A stretch of DNA of 64,000 bases from an uncultured Gammaproteobacteria bacterium (GCA_963764725.1 CAVXTM010000018.1:576001-640000), one strand, 5' to 3'. Counted from the stretch's first letter, positions 31,591 to 42,679 are shown. A program made the numbers and translations. Notes: generated from the sequence alone by a model not told the origin.

Positions 31591-33594
31591 TTATCGATAT
31601 TTCGCTCGCCAACAGAAAGTGGAACCCAGCGACACAGCAATCATCCGGACCGTGACGTTTCGCTCTTGGGGTCCGCAATGAGCGCACTCCTCGCAGCTGC
31701 TCCAGCTTGGCTCATTCCGGCCTTTGGTGGCCACTCCGGCACACGGAGAGCTTGCTTGCCCACCGGTTCCGCGAAGTCCTGCTAGGCCAAGCCCTTGGCG
31801 CGTCGTTCGGGGAAGCACGTTGGGCAGAACTCCGAAGGTTTCTCCCCGTGGCGCGGCTCGATGTATTCGCCGCCACCGCACCGACCGCAAATGAAGTCTG
31901 TTAGCCACCCCCAGCCTCGATCGCTTGACCTTCTCCCACCAATGGCTGAAGCTATGGGGCCGGCCCGCTGCGCTGAGATGTTCCGGCAGGTAGGTGAGTT
32001 CGCCGCGCATCTCCGTCTTGCCCCGCACGTAGAGAGCCCAACCGAAATCCGCCAAGCGCTTGTGCCCTCGGATAGGATCCACGAAGTACCTCAAGTCGGT
32101 AGTTTCGTCCGTCAACCAGTCCCGAAAGGATAGATGAAAGAACGAGAGCCGTCCGTCTCTCGAGGTTATCAGAGAGCCGAGCGGTTCCAGAGTTCGCTTT
32201 CGCGCGTAGTTGTCCCAACCGAGTATCTCCGAGAGCGTTTCCACCGGCAGCGGCTCATAGGCTGCCGTAAGGATCTCAAGCAAGGGCCGCACGTACTCTT
32301 CGAACTGCCGCCACTGCTCATGGGCTCCGGACGAGAAGTGACGATCGAAGTAGAGCCTGTAGACAGATTTGAGGCCGCCCGGCAGCGTGCTCAGATCCTC
32401 CGGCGCCATTCTCCCGCTCTTGAGTTCATCAACGACCACGGAAGCGTAGAGAAAAACGCCTTCCGAGTTCCTGACCAATCGGTCGACGAGTACTGTGTTG
32501 CCGACGAGCGACTTCAGCTCTCGTTTGAAGTAGGTCCTGATATCTTGGACGTTGTCGGGGTGGCCGGTGTCGAGAGAAAAGGGAGTCAGGCGCGCTAGCA
32601 TGTTCAGCACAGCGGTCTCGGGGCGACTCGTTACGAACAGCCTGAACCAGCTCGGAACGAGAGACCAGGATTGCCCCAGGAGTTCGGCGAGCTCGCTCCG
32701 CCCCTCACGGAGGGTTTCATCTAGCGCGTCGACGACGACGAAGATCGTCGCTTCGGGCCGAGCAACGTGCCTCAGTGGTTGAACGATCAGCTGGTCGAAA
32801 GCGGTCGCCGCATTCCACGTCTTGTACCCCTCCATTCGGTGGTTTGCCAATAGCCCTCGGTACTCGGGAAGCTGTGTCGAGAGCTGATAGCTGATCGAGC
32901 CTATGGCTCGACGCGCATCGGATTTCACGACATCGGAGTAGTTGCACAGATGGACGGCACCCACCGCGGGATGTCGCTGGCTCAGATGGGCGCACAGGGC
33001 CGTCTTGCCGGTTCCCGGCCCGCCGGTCAGAAAGAATGCTCTGGACGCGTCCGGCGCCGCAAGCCAACCCTCCAGGGCGTCGAGCAACCATCGCCGGCCG
33101 AGGAAGCCCCGTGACTTCTGCTCGATCTCCGCGTCGAAGTCGAGAGGTGCCAGCAGGTCGATAAGTCGCGCCTGCGTACCTTCGAATTCGCCACCGTCCA
33201 TCGCCATCGCCGACCGAACGAGATCCAGCTTTTCGACAGTTCGGTCGGGAGCCTCTTCGTAGCCCCTGAGATCCAGCCACTGCAGCCGGCTGATGCAGAG
33301 CGGCGGACGAGAGTCCTCCACCATCAACGGCAGAATGCGCTTTCCGGAGAAACGAGCGAAGCTCAACTCATCGAGGCAGACGCCGTCGGGCCTGCGGACG
33401 GCATGGGGCGTCATCATTGCGATGACTACGTCACTCGCGGCGAGGCCTTCTTCGATAGACATTTCCCAGGCGCTTCCGTGCCTGATGTTGGTCTCGTCGA
33501 ACCACACCTGATGACCTGCTGCCGTCAGTGTCTCCTTCAGTTGCCTTGCCAGCGCGGCGTGCCGATCGTGGCCGTAGCTGATGAACACCCGCAT
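31591..33594 (-). CDS. TIR domain + NACHT-like P-loop NTPase, probably C-terminally truncated
   Basis: VFISYGH...WFD...CLDEL (TIR); GGPGTGKT, VVVDALDE, FVTSRP, FFHLSFRDWL. Confidence 0.85.
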   Translation of the reverse strand: MRVFISYGHDRHAALARQLKETLTAAGHQVWFDETNIRHGSAWEMSIEEGLAASDVVIAMMTPHAVRRPDGVCLDELSFARFSGKRILPLMVEDSRPPLCISRLQWLDLRGYEEAPDRTVEKLDLVRSAMAMDGGEFEGTQARLIDLLAPLDFDAEIEQKSRGFLGRRWLLDALEGWLAAPDASRAFFLTGGPGTGKTALCAHLSQRHPAVGAVHLCNYSDVVKSDARRAIGSISYQLSTQLPEYRGLLANHRMEGYKTWNAATAFDQLIVQPLRHVARPEATIFVVVDALDETLREGRSELAELLGQSWSLVPSWFRLFVTSRPETAVLNMLARLTPFSLDTGHPDNVQDIRTYFKRELKSLVGNTVLVDRLVRNSEGVFLYASVVVDELKSGRMAPEDLSTLPGGLKSVYRLYFDRHFSSGAHEQWRQFEEYVRPLLEILTAAYEPLPVETLSEILGWDNYARKRTLEPLGSLITSRDGRLSFFHLSFRDWLTDETTDLRYFVDPIRGHKRLADFGWALYVRGKTEMRGELTYLPEHLSAAGRPHSFSHWWEKVKRSRLGVANRLHLRSVRWRRIHRAAPRGETFGVLPNVLPRTTRQGLGLAGLRGTGGQASSPCAGVATKGRNEPSWSSCEECAHCGPQERNVTVRMIAVSLGSTFCWRAKYR

Positions 33595-33870
33595 CTCGTT
33601 CCGCAACGCCCTCTCGCCAAGAGTCCTCAGGTAAGTTGCCGCAGTATAGTCGCAACAAAGCCTCTTCCCCAAGTAGACCGAGTCATCCCAGATCACCAGA
33701 CACTGTCTAGTAGCCGTCAACTTGCTCTCCAACTAGAAACAGTTCTTGGTGAGACCGCTCGCCAAATAGTCACGGTTCTTTGGTAGCCACCTAAACTGTA
33801 CCCACGTCATCGATGACTGGCGCTGGCGAAGACCGCATGCTCGACGAGCGAATGCGTGAACGATAGGCTT

Positions 33871-33997
33871 CCGTTCATCCAGATTTTGATAGACGGAAGC
33901 GCCCGAGGTAATATCTTGTCCGGAAAGAGCATCCTCGGTACGACCAGACCTATTGCGGGAAGAGGTAGACGGAATGGATGCTCTGTTCACATAACAG
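33871..33997 (+). repeat. attI-like element, copy 1 (about 125 bp)
   Basis: Clearly homologous to 44280-44405; ends CTGTTCACATAACAG/TCGGGC. Confidence 0.7.
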
Positions 33998-34097
33998 TCG
34001 GGCGTCCAAAAGATCTAGGAGGTTTTGCGTCGGAGTTGATCTAAGCGAAGCTGTGCTCTGGTCCCTGTCGTCGTGCAATTCACCAAGGAGATACGTC

Positions 34098-34532
34098 ATG
34101 AGCAACGGAAAAACTTACACGGGTAGTTGCTTTTGTGGCGACGTGCAGTTCACCGTCAACGGTGAGCCGGTCGCGATGGGCTATTGCCATTGCGAGTCAT
34201 GTCGGCGCTGGTCGGCAGGGCCTGTCAACGCCTTCACTTTATGGAAACCCGAAGCGGTGCAGATCACGCGGGGAGCAGACAACATCGGCACTTACAACAA
34301 GACGCCGCACAGTTATCGCAAATGGTGCAAGACGTGTGGAGGCCACATCTTCACTGAGCATCCCGGCATGGGACTCACCGACGTGTATGCAGCGGTCATT
34401 CCGAACTTCCCGTACCACGCCGGCGTCCATGTCCACTATCAGGAGACGAAGCTGCGAATTAAGGACGGGTTGCCGAAGATGAAGGACGTCCCGAAGGAAA
34501 TGGGTGGCTCGGGCATCAGCGTAGCGGAATAA
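34098..34532 (+). CDS. GFA/CENP-V family protein
   Basis: GSCFCG, CHCESCRR, WCKTCG; AAGGAG RBS. Confidence 0.92.
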   Translation: MSNGKTYTGSCFCGDVQFTVNGEPVAMGYCHCESCRRWSAGPVNAFTLWKPEAVQITRGADNIGTYNKTPHSYRKWCKTCGGHIFTEHPGMGLTDVYAAVIPNFPYHAGVHVHYQETKLRIKDGLPKMKDVPKEMGGSGISVAE

Positions 34533-34746
34533 CAGGCCGAAACGACCCCGACGCGGCGCTCCTATGCGGAGATCCCCCAAGATCCCCCATCCCAGGAGGG
34601 CGCATCGCATCGTTGACAAGCCGTTGGTCCATCGATACATTTCCTCGCGCCGAAAAAAACCATCGATATCCCCATAACCAAGAGGGTCGCGTGTTCCAGG
34701 CGGCTATGGCCGAGCGAGGTTTCAAAGTTCGAGGGCCACGCAGCGC

Positions 34747-35283
34747 ATGACCGGGCATTCCCACAGATCCGCGCGTGCTTTCCTGCTCGCGGTTGCGTTC
34801 GCATTCGCCGGGCTGAACCCGGGCGCTTCCTGGGCTCAAGATGGCGGGGGCGGCGCCTTGGATGAGATCTTGTCCCGGTTCCAGGATCGGATCGCTGCGT
34901 GCACCGCCCGTTACGGATACAGCCGGGCGAAAGGGGATGTCCTCGGAGCCCGTGAGCTTGGAGAGAACGAGGTGCCCTGGAGGCACTGCGTCTACCGCGG
35001 CGTTCGAGAGGTGCTGATGCCGCAGGCGCGGGTGCCGCGGCTGTATCAGCAGGCGATCGAGGAAGACCAGGCCATGACGGCGCGCATCGCGAAGGGCGAG
35101 CTGACCCGCGCGGAGCGCCGCCAGCGCCTGGAAGACCTCGCGGAGAACATACGGCTGACGGAGCTTCTGAACCCACCGCATACCCGAGAGCAGAGCGCGG
35201 ACCGGGAGTTACTAGACCCGGTCAAGCTGGAGCACCTCAAGCAGATGTATCGCTATTCGGTGCTCGACTCACTCGGCCGCTGA
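34747..35283 (+). CDS. Hypothetical exported protein
   Basis: Signal ending SWA; two Cys; helical. Confidence 0.7.
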   Translation: MTGHSHRSARAFLLAVAFAFAGLNPGASWAQDGGGGALDEILSRFQDRIAACTARYGYSRAKGDVLGARELGENEVPWRHCVYRGVREVLMPQARVPRLYQQAIEEDQAMTARIAKGELTRAERRQRLEDLAENIRLTELLNPPHTREQSADRELLDPVKLEHLKQMYRYSVLDSLGR

Positions 35284-35379
35284 CCGCGATACGCCATCGG
35301 CGGCGTTCCGGCGCGGTTCCCGGATCTCACGATCGCCGGATTACGAACGCGGCCACGCCAGATCAGGCCGAGATACCCC

Positions 35380-35819
35380 AGCCCTCAGCCTCGGCGCGTA
35401 TCAGCTGGGCTCGGTTGCTCAAGCGTGTATTCGATATCGACCTGGAGCATTGCCCCAACTGCGGCGGCGCCTTAACGATCATCGCCGCCATCCTCGACCC
35501 CACCGTGATTACCCAGATCCTCGCGCATCTCGGCTTGTCCGCCCGAGCACCGCCGCGCGCACCCGCGCGCCGACGCGATCTTTTCGAAGCCGCCTAACCG
35601 ACAACGTTTCTTCCACCGCCCCGGATTCTCGTTCGGCCTCAATTCACGCCCTTCGCCCCTTCGACCGAAACCACCGCCTCCCGAGGCCATTTCACTGCCC
35701 CGACCATGCCTCAGCGCACAGTTTCTGACTCCCTGACTCACTATCCCGTGTGATTGAACACGCACACCCACCGCTATAAACTCTCACCAACCCAAAAAGG
35801 CGGTTTGAAAATACTATTC
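35380..35819 (+). mobile_element. IS91/ISCR-type transposase C-terminus and oriIS-like end
   Basis: WARLLKRVFDIDLEHCPNCGG...ILAHLGL..RAPP; TTGAAC-N17-TAAACT; GCGGTTTGAAAATACTATTC. Confidence 0.82.
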
Positions 35820-35848
35820 ACCAGCAGAACACCCTGTGGAGGTTAGTA

Positions 35849-36310
35849 ATGTTACGCAATCTCGCATTCGTCGTCGGTTATGCCGTGATCCAGGTGCTTT
35901 CCACTACCGCCTCAGTTGCGGCAGCTGACTTCGGCACTGCAGAGGAAGCCAAAGCTATGCTTGAGAGAGCAGTGGCCGCAGTGAAAGAGGACAAGGCGAA
36001 GGCGCTTGATATGTTCAACAAGGCCGAAGGCGGCTTCAAGGATCGAGACCTTTATGTGTGGTGCGCTAACGCCTCGGACGGCATCATAACGGCGACACCT
36101 TACTGGAATAGGGGAAAACAGGTGAGAGACATTGAGGGCAAGCACGGTGCTCCGTTCGGTGAAACGATTATGCAGAATGCCACCGAGGGAACGATAAAAG
36201 AGACCACCTATTGGTGGCCGCGCCCTGGCACAGACAAGCCGCTGGAGAAGACTATCTTCTATACTAAGGTCAGTGACCAGATTTGCGCTGTCGGCTACTA
36301 CAAGGAATAA
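35849..36310 (+). CDS. Stand-alone single Cache (type 2) domain exported protein
   Basis: GTAEEAKAMLERA...FKDRDLYV...YWWPRPG...VGYY. Confidence 0.87.
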   Translation: MLRNLAFVVGYAVIQVLSTTASVAAADFGTAEEAKAMLERAVAAVKEDKAKALDMFNKAEGGFKDRDLYVWCANASDGIITATPYWNRGKQVRDIEGKHGAPFGETIMQNATEGTIKETTYWWPRPGTDKPLEKTIFYTKVSDQICAVGYYKE

Positions 36311-36643
36311 CTCGCCAAGCAATTATATCCGCTTATCTACGTCTGGCGTTAGCACGAACGCCGTCAGGCCGATCGTCCCGTTTCAGGGGACGAGTCCAAT
36401 CAGCACTGCACGGAATAACATTCGTGTCACAAGGGTATTGCAGTCCCTCGTCATGCCGCTCGCCGTGCGTTTGGGTTGACCCCATGGGCGCATGCCCCGC
36501 TTCCCGTTGCATTCTTTCTTTCAATAATGGCAGCTGCCGGCCCAGAAGCGGACGGTCACCCCTATCTGTGCCTTGACAGGTGCGCGCCACACCTATTGAA
36601 ATTCATACGCATTGCGGGTCGTACCCATGCGTGTAGTTTTGAA

Positions 36644-38969
36644 ATGGGTAAGAAGAGTCGTTTAAAAAAGACTCGCCGAGAGGCGAGAAAGCGTCTTCCG
36701 CTAGGACTTGAGCTGTCACAATTCCAGGATCCTTTCGCAGGAATTCCGGTTCAACTACCTCACGCAATGATTGACTGAGGTCGGACGAAAACAAGCGCAG
36801 GAATTTGTCACGACCACCGCTAAGATTCAGGACCTCATCGATGCCACCAACCCTCTGTGCCTGATGGCATCCATGGCCTTCTACGGGCTTATCGTAGGCA
36901 TTCGCGACGATGGATCGATCGTTTCGATCGTTGGGTCGAACAAACGGGAAATCCTTCCTGCGCACGTCGAATTAGCACAGGCTCTATGCCTTCGTGTGCC
37001 GGCGCATTCGCATTCGCACATGCCTGTCTTGGGCAAAAGTATGCAATCCGTGTTTGATACCGTCGGCGATTGGTCGGATCAATTCCACTGGAAGCGCCTT
37101 GTCCAACTTGACACCGCTCTGAGCGAAGCGGAGCGCGATCGCTTGCTAGTCCAAGAGCACATCCGTTTAGACACGCAGATTGTTCGAAACTGGGGCTACT
37201 ACGATCATGTCAAACGCATCGCACAGGAGATCATGGCGCCGCTCGATGCGCGCTTCGAGGCCCTCTACGGATTCAAGGCTACCGAACTGCTTGCGATGTT
37301 CGATCATCTCGTTCACGAATGTGAGATTCGACTCAACGCTCACTGGGAGCGCCTGCGCGGCATGATAAAAGCGACAACGCTTCGCCATGCGGTCGTCGCG
37401 TACTACACCGCGTTTCCCGACCTCAAGAATAACGTGCAGGATTTTCACGCGCACCTACGCGCTCGCCGTGTCAATCTCATGCAGGCCAAGACGATGATGT
37501 TATCCCACTCGGATTTGCGGCTGCCCGCGATCTTCACTTTTTCACCTGCACATATCGCGGCAGCGATTGGACGAACGGCAGACACGGTTATCAGAGCGCT
37601 TGGAAAACTCAGCCTTAGCTTTGGTGATTTGCAGGGCACCAACGTCGAGCACTTCTTCATGAACAATCCGGTTTGGACAAAACCCGTAGTCAAGCTGGAG
37701 GACCGCTCCTATTTTTGCATCATGCCCCGATCGTTCTTTGCATTCCCGTTCGAAACGTTTACCACACTGGTTCGAGAAGACGAGGCGTTGCGCAAAGCGT
37801 ACGAAAATCGACGCTCGGACTATCTGGAGCAAACGAGCGCAAAGGTGTTTGAGGCCGCTTTCCCGGGCGCGAAGCTCATAAAGAACTTCAAAGGGTATAC
37901 GCCAGACAAAAAACAAATCGAAAGCGACCTCATCGTGCAGGTCGATTCTTTCTTGATCCTCATGGAAGCCAAATCCGGGCGCATTTCACCAGCAGCTCGC
38001 CGCGGCGCTCCAGAGAGCTTGGGAGAGGATATCGATAAATTACTGATCGAACCGTCTCGTCAATCACAACGGCTCCAAAAGGCCATAGAGTCGGCCCAGA
38101 GAGGCGAGGCAGAAACGGAGGCTTTTGCTGAGGCGTTCCCCGTTAACCTTTCGACGATCCATCAAGTGCTGCGTTTGTCCGTGACACTCGAATATATGGG
38201 CGTTCTTCAAACCAACATTAATGGCCTAAGAACGGCGGGCTATGTACCGCCCGACATAAAGGTAGCGCCTGCACTGACTCTCGCAGATCTGGAAATTGTC
38301 TTTGATATACTAAGGACTTCACCCGAACGCATACATTATTTGATCCGACGCGGCGAGTGGGAAGGCAGCGCAGACTACACCGCGAATGAAATCGACCTGC
38401 TCGGAACGTACCTCAAGACTGGCCTCAACGTAGGCGATCTAGAGTTCGCGCACGCTCATCTCATGCTAGTTGGCCAATCGAAATCGATCGACGATTATTA
38501 CGAAGCTAGGCAGCTAGGTATCTCCAAAGAAAGACCACAGTACCAAGCAACGCCCTGGTGGCGCGATATGCTTCAGCGCCTTCGGACGAAGAGGCCGCAC
38601 CGCTGGATCGAGGCCGCAGCCGTCTTGCTGTGTGCCGGACTTGAACAGCAGATGGAAATCGAGAATCGGACAAAGGGCGTTATCGCCGATGTCAAGAAAC
38701 GCCGTGAGCGTGCGGCTTCGCGCAACGGATTGATATTCAGACCGGCCAAAGGCCGCAGCGAAGCAATCGCCGTGCTTGCATTAATGCGTACGGAGATACC
38801 GGATCGGCGTCAATTGATGGAGAATCTTACCGCACAGGCTTTCTCCGAAAATGCAGCCCTGCGCCAATGTGTGGCGATCACGCTCAACGTTGACGAACCG
38901 ACGTATCCGTACAGGTCGCTGGCATGGTTCACTAAGCCGGCAAAGAAAAACGTACCGACGTTGACATAA
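36644..38969 (+). CDS. Large hypothetical protein with PD-(D/E)XK/NERD-like motif; frameshift near 36775
   Basis: 732-aa ORF with YLE...ESDLIV...MEAKSG; probable true start MGKKSR in a neighbouring frame. Confidence 0.7.
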
Positions 38970-39218
38970 TGATCTCCGAAAAACCCAGCGACTGTGTAGC
39001 GGATGACAAGCTTACTTAGCCGATCCCCGGTTGGATTCTACGACGGGTTCTACCAAAAAGAGCAACCGCAACCACTTTTGCATCGTTCGGAACCCGGTTC
39101 GTGAAAGTCCGCTCAGGGTCGAACTGGGACACTACCAAAAATATAAAAATTTTAGAGATTTCTGATTCTCCGAGGCCGGGGGGCTGAAGCGAGAACGGCG
39201 CACGACACTACTGAGGGG

Positions 39219-39590
39219 ATGGATACGAAGTGGTTCCGGCTCGACCTGCCGCCACAAGACCGGCTTATCGGAGCAGCCTTTGTGTTCGTGATCTTCGCCG
39301 TCGCTCACCGAGAGTTGACCGGGTTGCCGGTGGCCGGTGTGTCTGCGGCGAACCTAGCCCTGTTCTACATGGGATTCACTATTCCCGGTACTCGGTTCGC
39401 TCCTACCGCCGCCCTGCTCTGGCTCGCGGTGTATGCGGGCTGCCTCTGGGCTGGCGTACCGCACCGCGCTTTCAGCTTCACGGCGATGGCTGTTAGCCAC
39501 GTCGATCGTGGTGTGCGGCGCTCTGTTCTACGGCGCGTACTGTCTCGAGGGCGGGCAGTACTGCTCGGCTATCTCCCAGACAAAAAACAA
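39219..39590 (+). pseudogene. Membrane protein fragment
   Basis: RBS+ATG and three hydrophobic helices before the reading loses protein-like character. Confidence 0.4.
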
Positions 39591-39719
39591 CCCGGAATTT
39601 CTATAAAACTTTTTAGGTTTGTGTTTCGGAGACGGGGGGCAGGGGCCCCTACAAAAGCGCATCGTCGAGGCATTGCAAACGCTGGCGTGAGCCATAGGCG
39701 CGCTATTGTCCGCGGACCG

Positions 39720-40589
39720 TTAGAGGTGCGCTTGCCGCATTTGCTCCACGGCCTGGGAAGCTGAGCGACGCACGTCATCGTCCTGATCGGACGCCAGCCC
39801 TTGCAGTACCGTCACCGTATTCGGATCGTCGAACTGGCTTTGCGACGCGATACGCGCTAAGGCCTCCGTAGCCAGGTAGCGCCCCGGCCCTTGCTGAGCC
39901 ATTTTGATGAGCATGTCGGTAGCGCGCTGATCATTGAGCATACCCAATTGATCGATGGCATACGCATACAACTGGCGATGGGGAGACTTCAGCACATCCA
40001 ACGCCCGCTGTAGCATCTCCTCGCGTGTTTGCGCTTCATCGGTCAACGCTGCCGGGTCGTCGCCGGAGTGGCCAATCGTCTCGCCGTTGGCGACCGAGAC
40101 CAATGATCGGAAATCGTCAAGCGTTTGCGGTCCCTTAGCGGGCGGCTCCGCGGTTGGAATGTCGTTGCGGCCGGACACCGCAATAGTGTCTGTGCCCTTG
40201 CGCTTTGGGGGTGTCGATAGCACCACTGCCGTACAACCTCGCGCCGAGCAATGCAGCGCGTAGGAGAATCCGCTGAGTACTATCTTTATGCCTTGCTCAA
40301 TGGAGCGACTGCGGATACTCGCCGAGATGGGTTTCTCGGCGATAGCCGGGTCGTTGAACAGCATCTGGACTCCGGCCTTCGTTCGCAGGGATTTGGCGAC
40401 AGCACCCAGCGGCGCTGTTCTAATCTCAGCATCGAGCAGCCACCCCTCATAGCGGATCTCGATAGCGCCGCCTGCGAGCTCTTCTGCAATCCGTCGATCC
40501 TGAGCGGCACTACCGTTCGCGGAGCAGGCTAACGCGCAACAAGCACTCAGCGCGGACCGCCACTTTCGCTTCGTAACGAAGATCTTCAT
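39720..40589 (-). CDS. Exported protein, N0/STN-like N-domain plus HEAT repeats (second copy of architecture)
   Basis: LDAEIRTAPLGAVAKSLRTKAGV...SIEQGIKIVL; LASDQDDDVRRSA. Confidence 0.8.
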   Translation of the reverse strand: MKIFVTKRKWRSALSACCALACSANGSAAQDRRIAEELAGGAIEIRYEGWLLDAEIRTAPLGAVAKSLRTKAGVQMLFNDPAIAEKPISASIRSRSIEQGIKIVLSGFSYALHCSARGCTAVVLSTPPKRKGTDTIAVSGRNDIPTAEPPAKGPQTLDDFRSLVSVANGETIGHSGDDPAALTDEAQTREEMLQRALDVLKSPHRQLYAYAIDQLGMLNDQRATDMLIKMAQQGPGRYLATEALARIASQSQFDDPNTVTVLQGLASDQDDDVRRSASQAVEQMRQAHL

Positions 40590-40621
40590 ACAGCTCGCGC
40601 AATTATAGCGGTTCAGGCAAA

Positions 40622-40652
40622 GCCGCCTCTCCGCGAGCGACGGAGAGGCGGC
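40622..40652 (-). terminator. Intergenic hairpin / probable intrinsic terminator
   Basis: 12-bp perfect stem GCCGCCTCTCCG/CGGAGAGGCGGC, short T tract on minus strand. Confidence 0.65.
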
Positions 40653-40684
40653 AACTGTACCAGTGTCGGATTAGTGTGCGGTCG

Positions 40685-41278
40685 TCACTTTGTCGACACT
40701 GGGTCAAAAATAATCAGAGGTGGGACGAGCCGATTATCCGTGCAGGTCACCGTCAGCGACGCATCGATTACCGTCAGATTCGGTGTGGCCGCGGCGGCTT
40801 TGCGCGCCAGAAAATATAGGGTGCGGCTTCCGAATATGAAGGGATTGGCCGCGACGGTGAAATAGCCCGGATCGGCATTGGCCGGCGACATCCAACCGCC
40901 CGTCGTGGTGATTTCCTTGATGCGGTTATCCCATATTCCCGCTTGGTTCCAGAACGTCAGGGTGCGTTCCTGCCCTTGGTCGAATATGGGATTAGGCGTG
41001 TTGCTCACCGTAAAGTAATAAACACTTTCGCCATTGGCAAGCGTGGGCCGTACCGCATCCGCGCTACCGGTCGCAGTACAGTAGCGCTGCGCTGGATTAG
41101 AGAAGTTGACCGATCGAAGGATGGTCCAGCCCGCGCCAGGGACTACGACATTGATATTGCTCGCACTACCGCCAACCGCATCGACGGCCAGCGCAGGGCT
41201 TGACACTATGGTAGCGCAAAGTGGCAGTGCGGCTACCAAGCAGGTACGGCCTGTCTTACTGAATAAACGAATTTTCAT
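40685..41278 (-). CDS. Secreted beta-rich protein with two mature-region Cys
   Basis: Signal ending ALA; GGAGG RBS. Confidence 0.82.
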   Translation of the reverse strand: MKIRLFSKTGRTCLVAALPLCATIVSSPALAVDAVGGSASNINVVVPGAGWTILRSVNFSNPAQRYCTATGSADAVRPTLANGESVYYFTVSNTPNPIFDQGQERTLTFWNQAGIWDNRIKEITTTGGWMSPANADPGYFTVAANPFIFGSRTLYFLARKAAAATPNLTVIDASLTVTCTDNRLVPPLIIFDPVSTK

Positions 41279-41625
41279 GGAAATTCCTCCATTGCTGTTG
41301 ATTGAGAACCAAGTGCTAACACAAACGAGGTATTAGCTGGTTTTAGGATAGGAGGATGGTGTTTCCGAAACAGTGGCATTCGCTACACCGACCATGTTAG
41401 ATTCGCCACTCGATCCGAGATGAAGTTAAATGACCACCGGCAAAGCGATGGCATACGTAAAGGTCAAACTTTTGGGAGTCCCGGGCTTACCGAATTTAAT
41501 TAGAGGACGTGCTCGACAAGGCCGTGGACACATTTCGGTCCAAAGGCTATAGAGCAAGCTCGACCCTCGATCTGGTTGACAACTGAGGATCCATCGCGGC
41601 AGCCTCTGTGACGCATTTGGCGACG

Positions 41626-42456
41626 CTAAAAGCGCTGCGGCAAGGGCCTTTGTAAAACAATACATTCTCTTTCACATTTGACGAAACCACCGCGCTTTAA
41701 TTCCATCATAAATTTAGCGACCGTTTCTCTAGCGCAACCGGCCAGCTCCGCCAAGTGCTGCTGGGTCCACGGCCCGCGAATGACGAGCTCACCGTCCACT
41801 TCGCACGCTAAGCGGTAGAGGAAGAAACGCAGGCGTCTATAGGCATCGACCGCGAGCATCGCGCGTGTTTCAGTGAGTTCGTTGACCAAGTGGGCCAGTT
41901 GACGCACCATCGCATGCCATAATGTCGGTCTGTCGGCGAGACATTCGAAAAACCGGCTCTTATGTAAGACCGCGAATTGCGAGTCCTCGATTGTGGCCAC
42001 GGAAGCCGTACGCGGTCCGCCCGTGAGCAATGAAAGCTCGCCGAAGAATTCGGCCGGCCCCTTGCGGCGAAGCAAGGTCCGAGAACCGTCATTCTCTAGG
42101 AAGATCTCGACCTGGCCCGCGAGGATGAAGAAAAAGCGATTATCTTCGTCGCCCTTCTCGAAAACATGACGAAACTTCTTATAGGACTTAACCGTGGCAT
42201 GGTCACGTAAGAATAAATGGTCTTCGGGTGACAACGCGGTCCGTAGGCCAGACCCCTGCGAGCCTGGGTCCTCGTCTATCGAAACTGCCGCTGAACCAGC
42301 CAAGTCTAAGATTGAGACGCGCCGCCTCAGGTCATTCACAGAATGAAGCAGTGTGGTCACGGTATTATTTTCACTACTGAGACTTTTTCCGAATAGCTCA
42401 GGCTCTACCGATGCTCTACCGGTCCTGTTCATACTTATATTACACGTCGATTCCAA
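41626..42456 (-). CDS. Crp/Fnr-family transcriptional regulator (start uncertain)
   Basis: FFGELSLL...PRTASV (cNMP binding); TQQHLAELAGCARETV (HTH). Confidence 0.9.
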   Translation of the reverse strand: MESTCNISMNRTGRASVEPELFGKSLSSENNTVTTLLHSVNDLRRRVSILDLAGSAAVSIDEDPGSQGSGLRTALSPEDHLFLRDHATVKSYKKFRHVFEKGDEDNRFFFILAGQVEIFLENDGSRTLLRRKGPAEFFGELSLLTGGPRTASVATIEDSQFAVLHKSRFFECLADRPTLWHAMVRQLAHLVNELTETRAMLAVDAYRRLRFFLYRLACEVDGELVIRGPWTQQHLAELAGCARETVAKFMMELKRGGFVKCERECIVLQRPLPQRF

Positions 42457-42463
42457 TATAGTT

Positions 42464-42479
42464 AGTGAGATATCTCACA
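42464..42479. promoter_or_regulatory. CRP-type binding site
   Basis: AGTGA-GATATC-TCACA, one mismatch to TGTGA-N6-TCACA. Confidence 0.6.
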
Positions 42480-42679
42480 TCCGGATTGTGACTTTTGACG
42501 ACAAGCGTGGTATTGCGAAGCGCCGTCGTCAGGGTCCCGCAGCAGCGCGTGGGGTCCCGCGCCCGCGCAGTCGCTATTAAGCGTAAAGCCGACCTTGATG
42601 CCGCGGGCCATTGCCGCGTGGATGAAGGCATCCGTCAAAAGCTGGAGCAAAGAGTTGCCTTCGGCCGTGGCCTGTTTTG

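Noticed and set aside
36304-36353. GAATAAC...GTTAGCA after the Cache gene as an attC
   Set aside because: Too short and L-box spacing does not fit.
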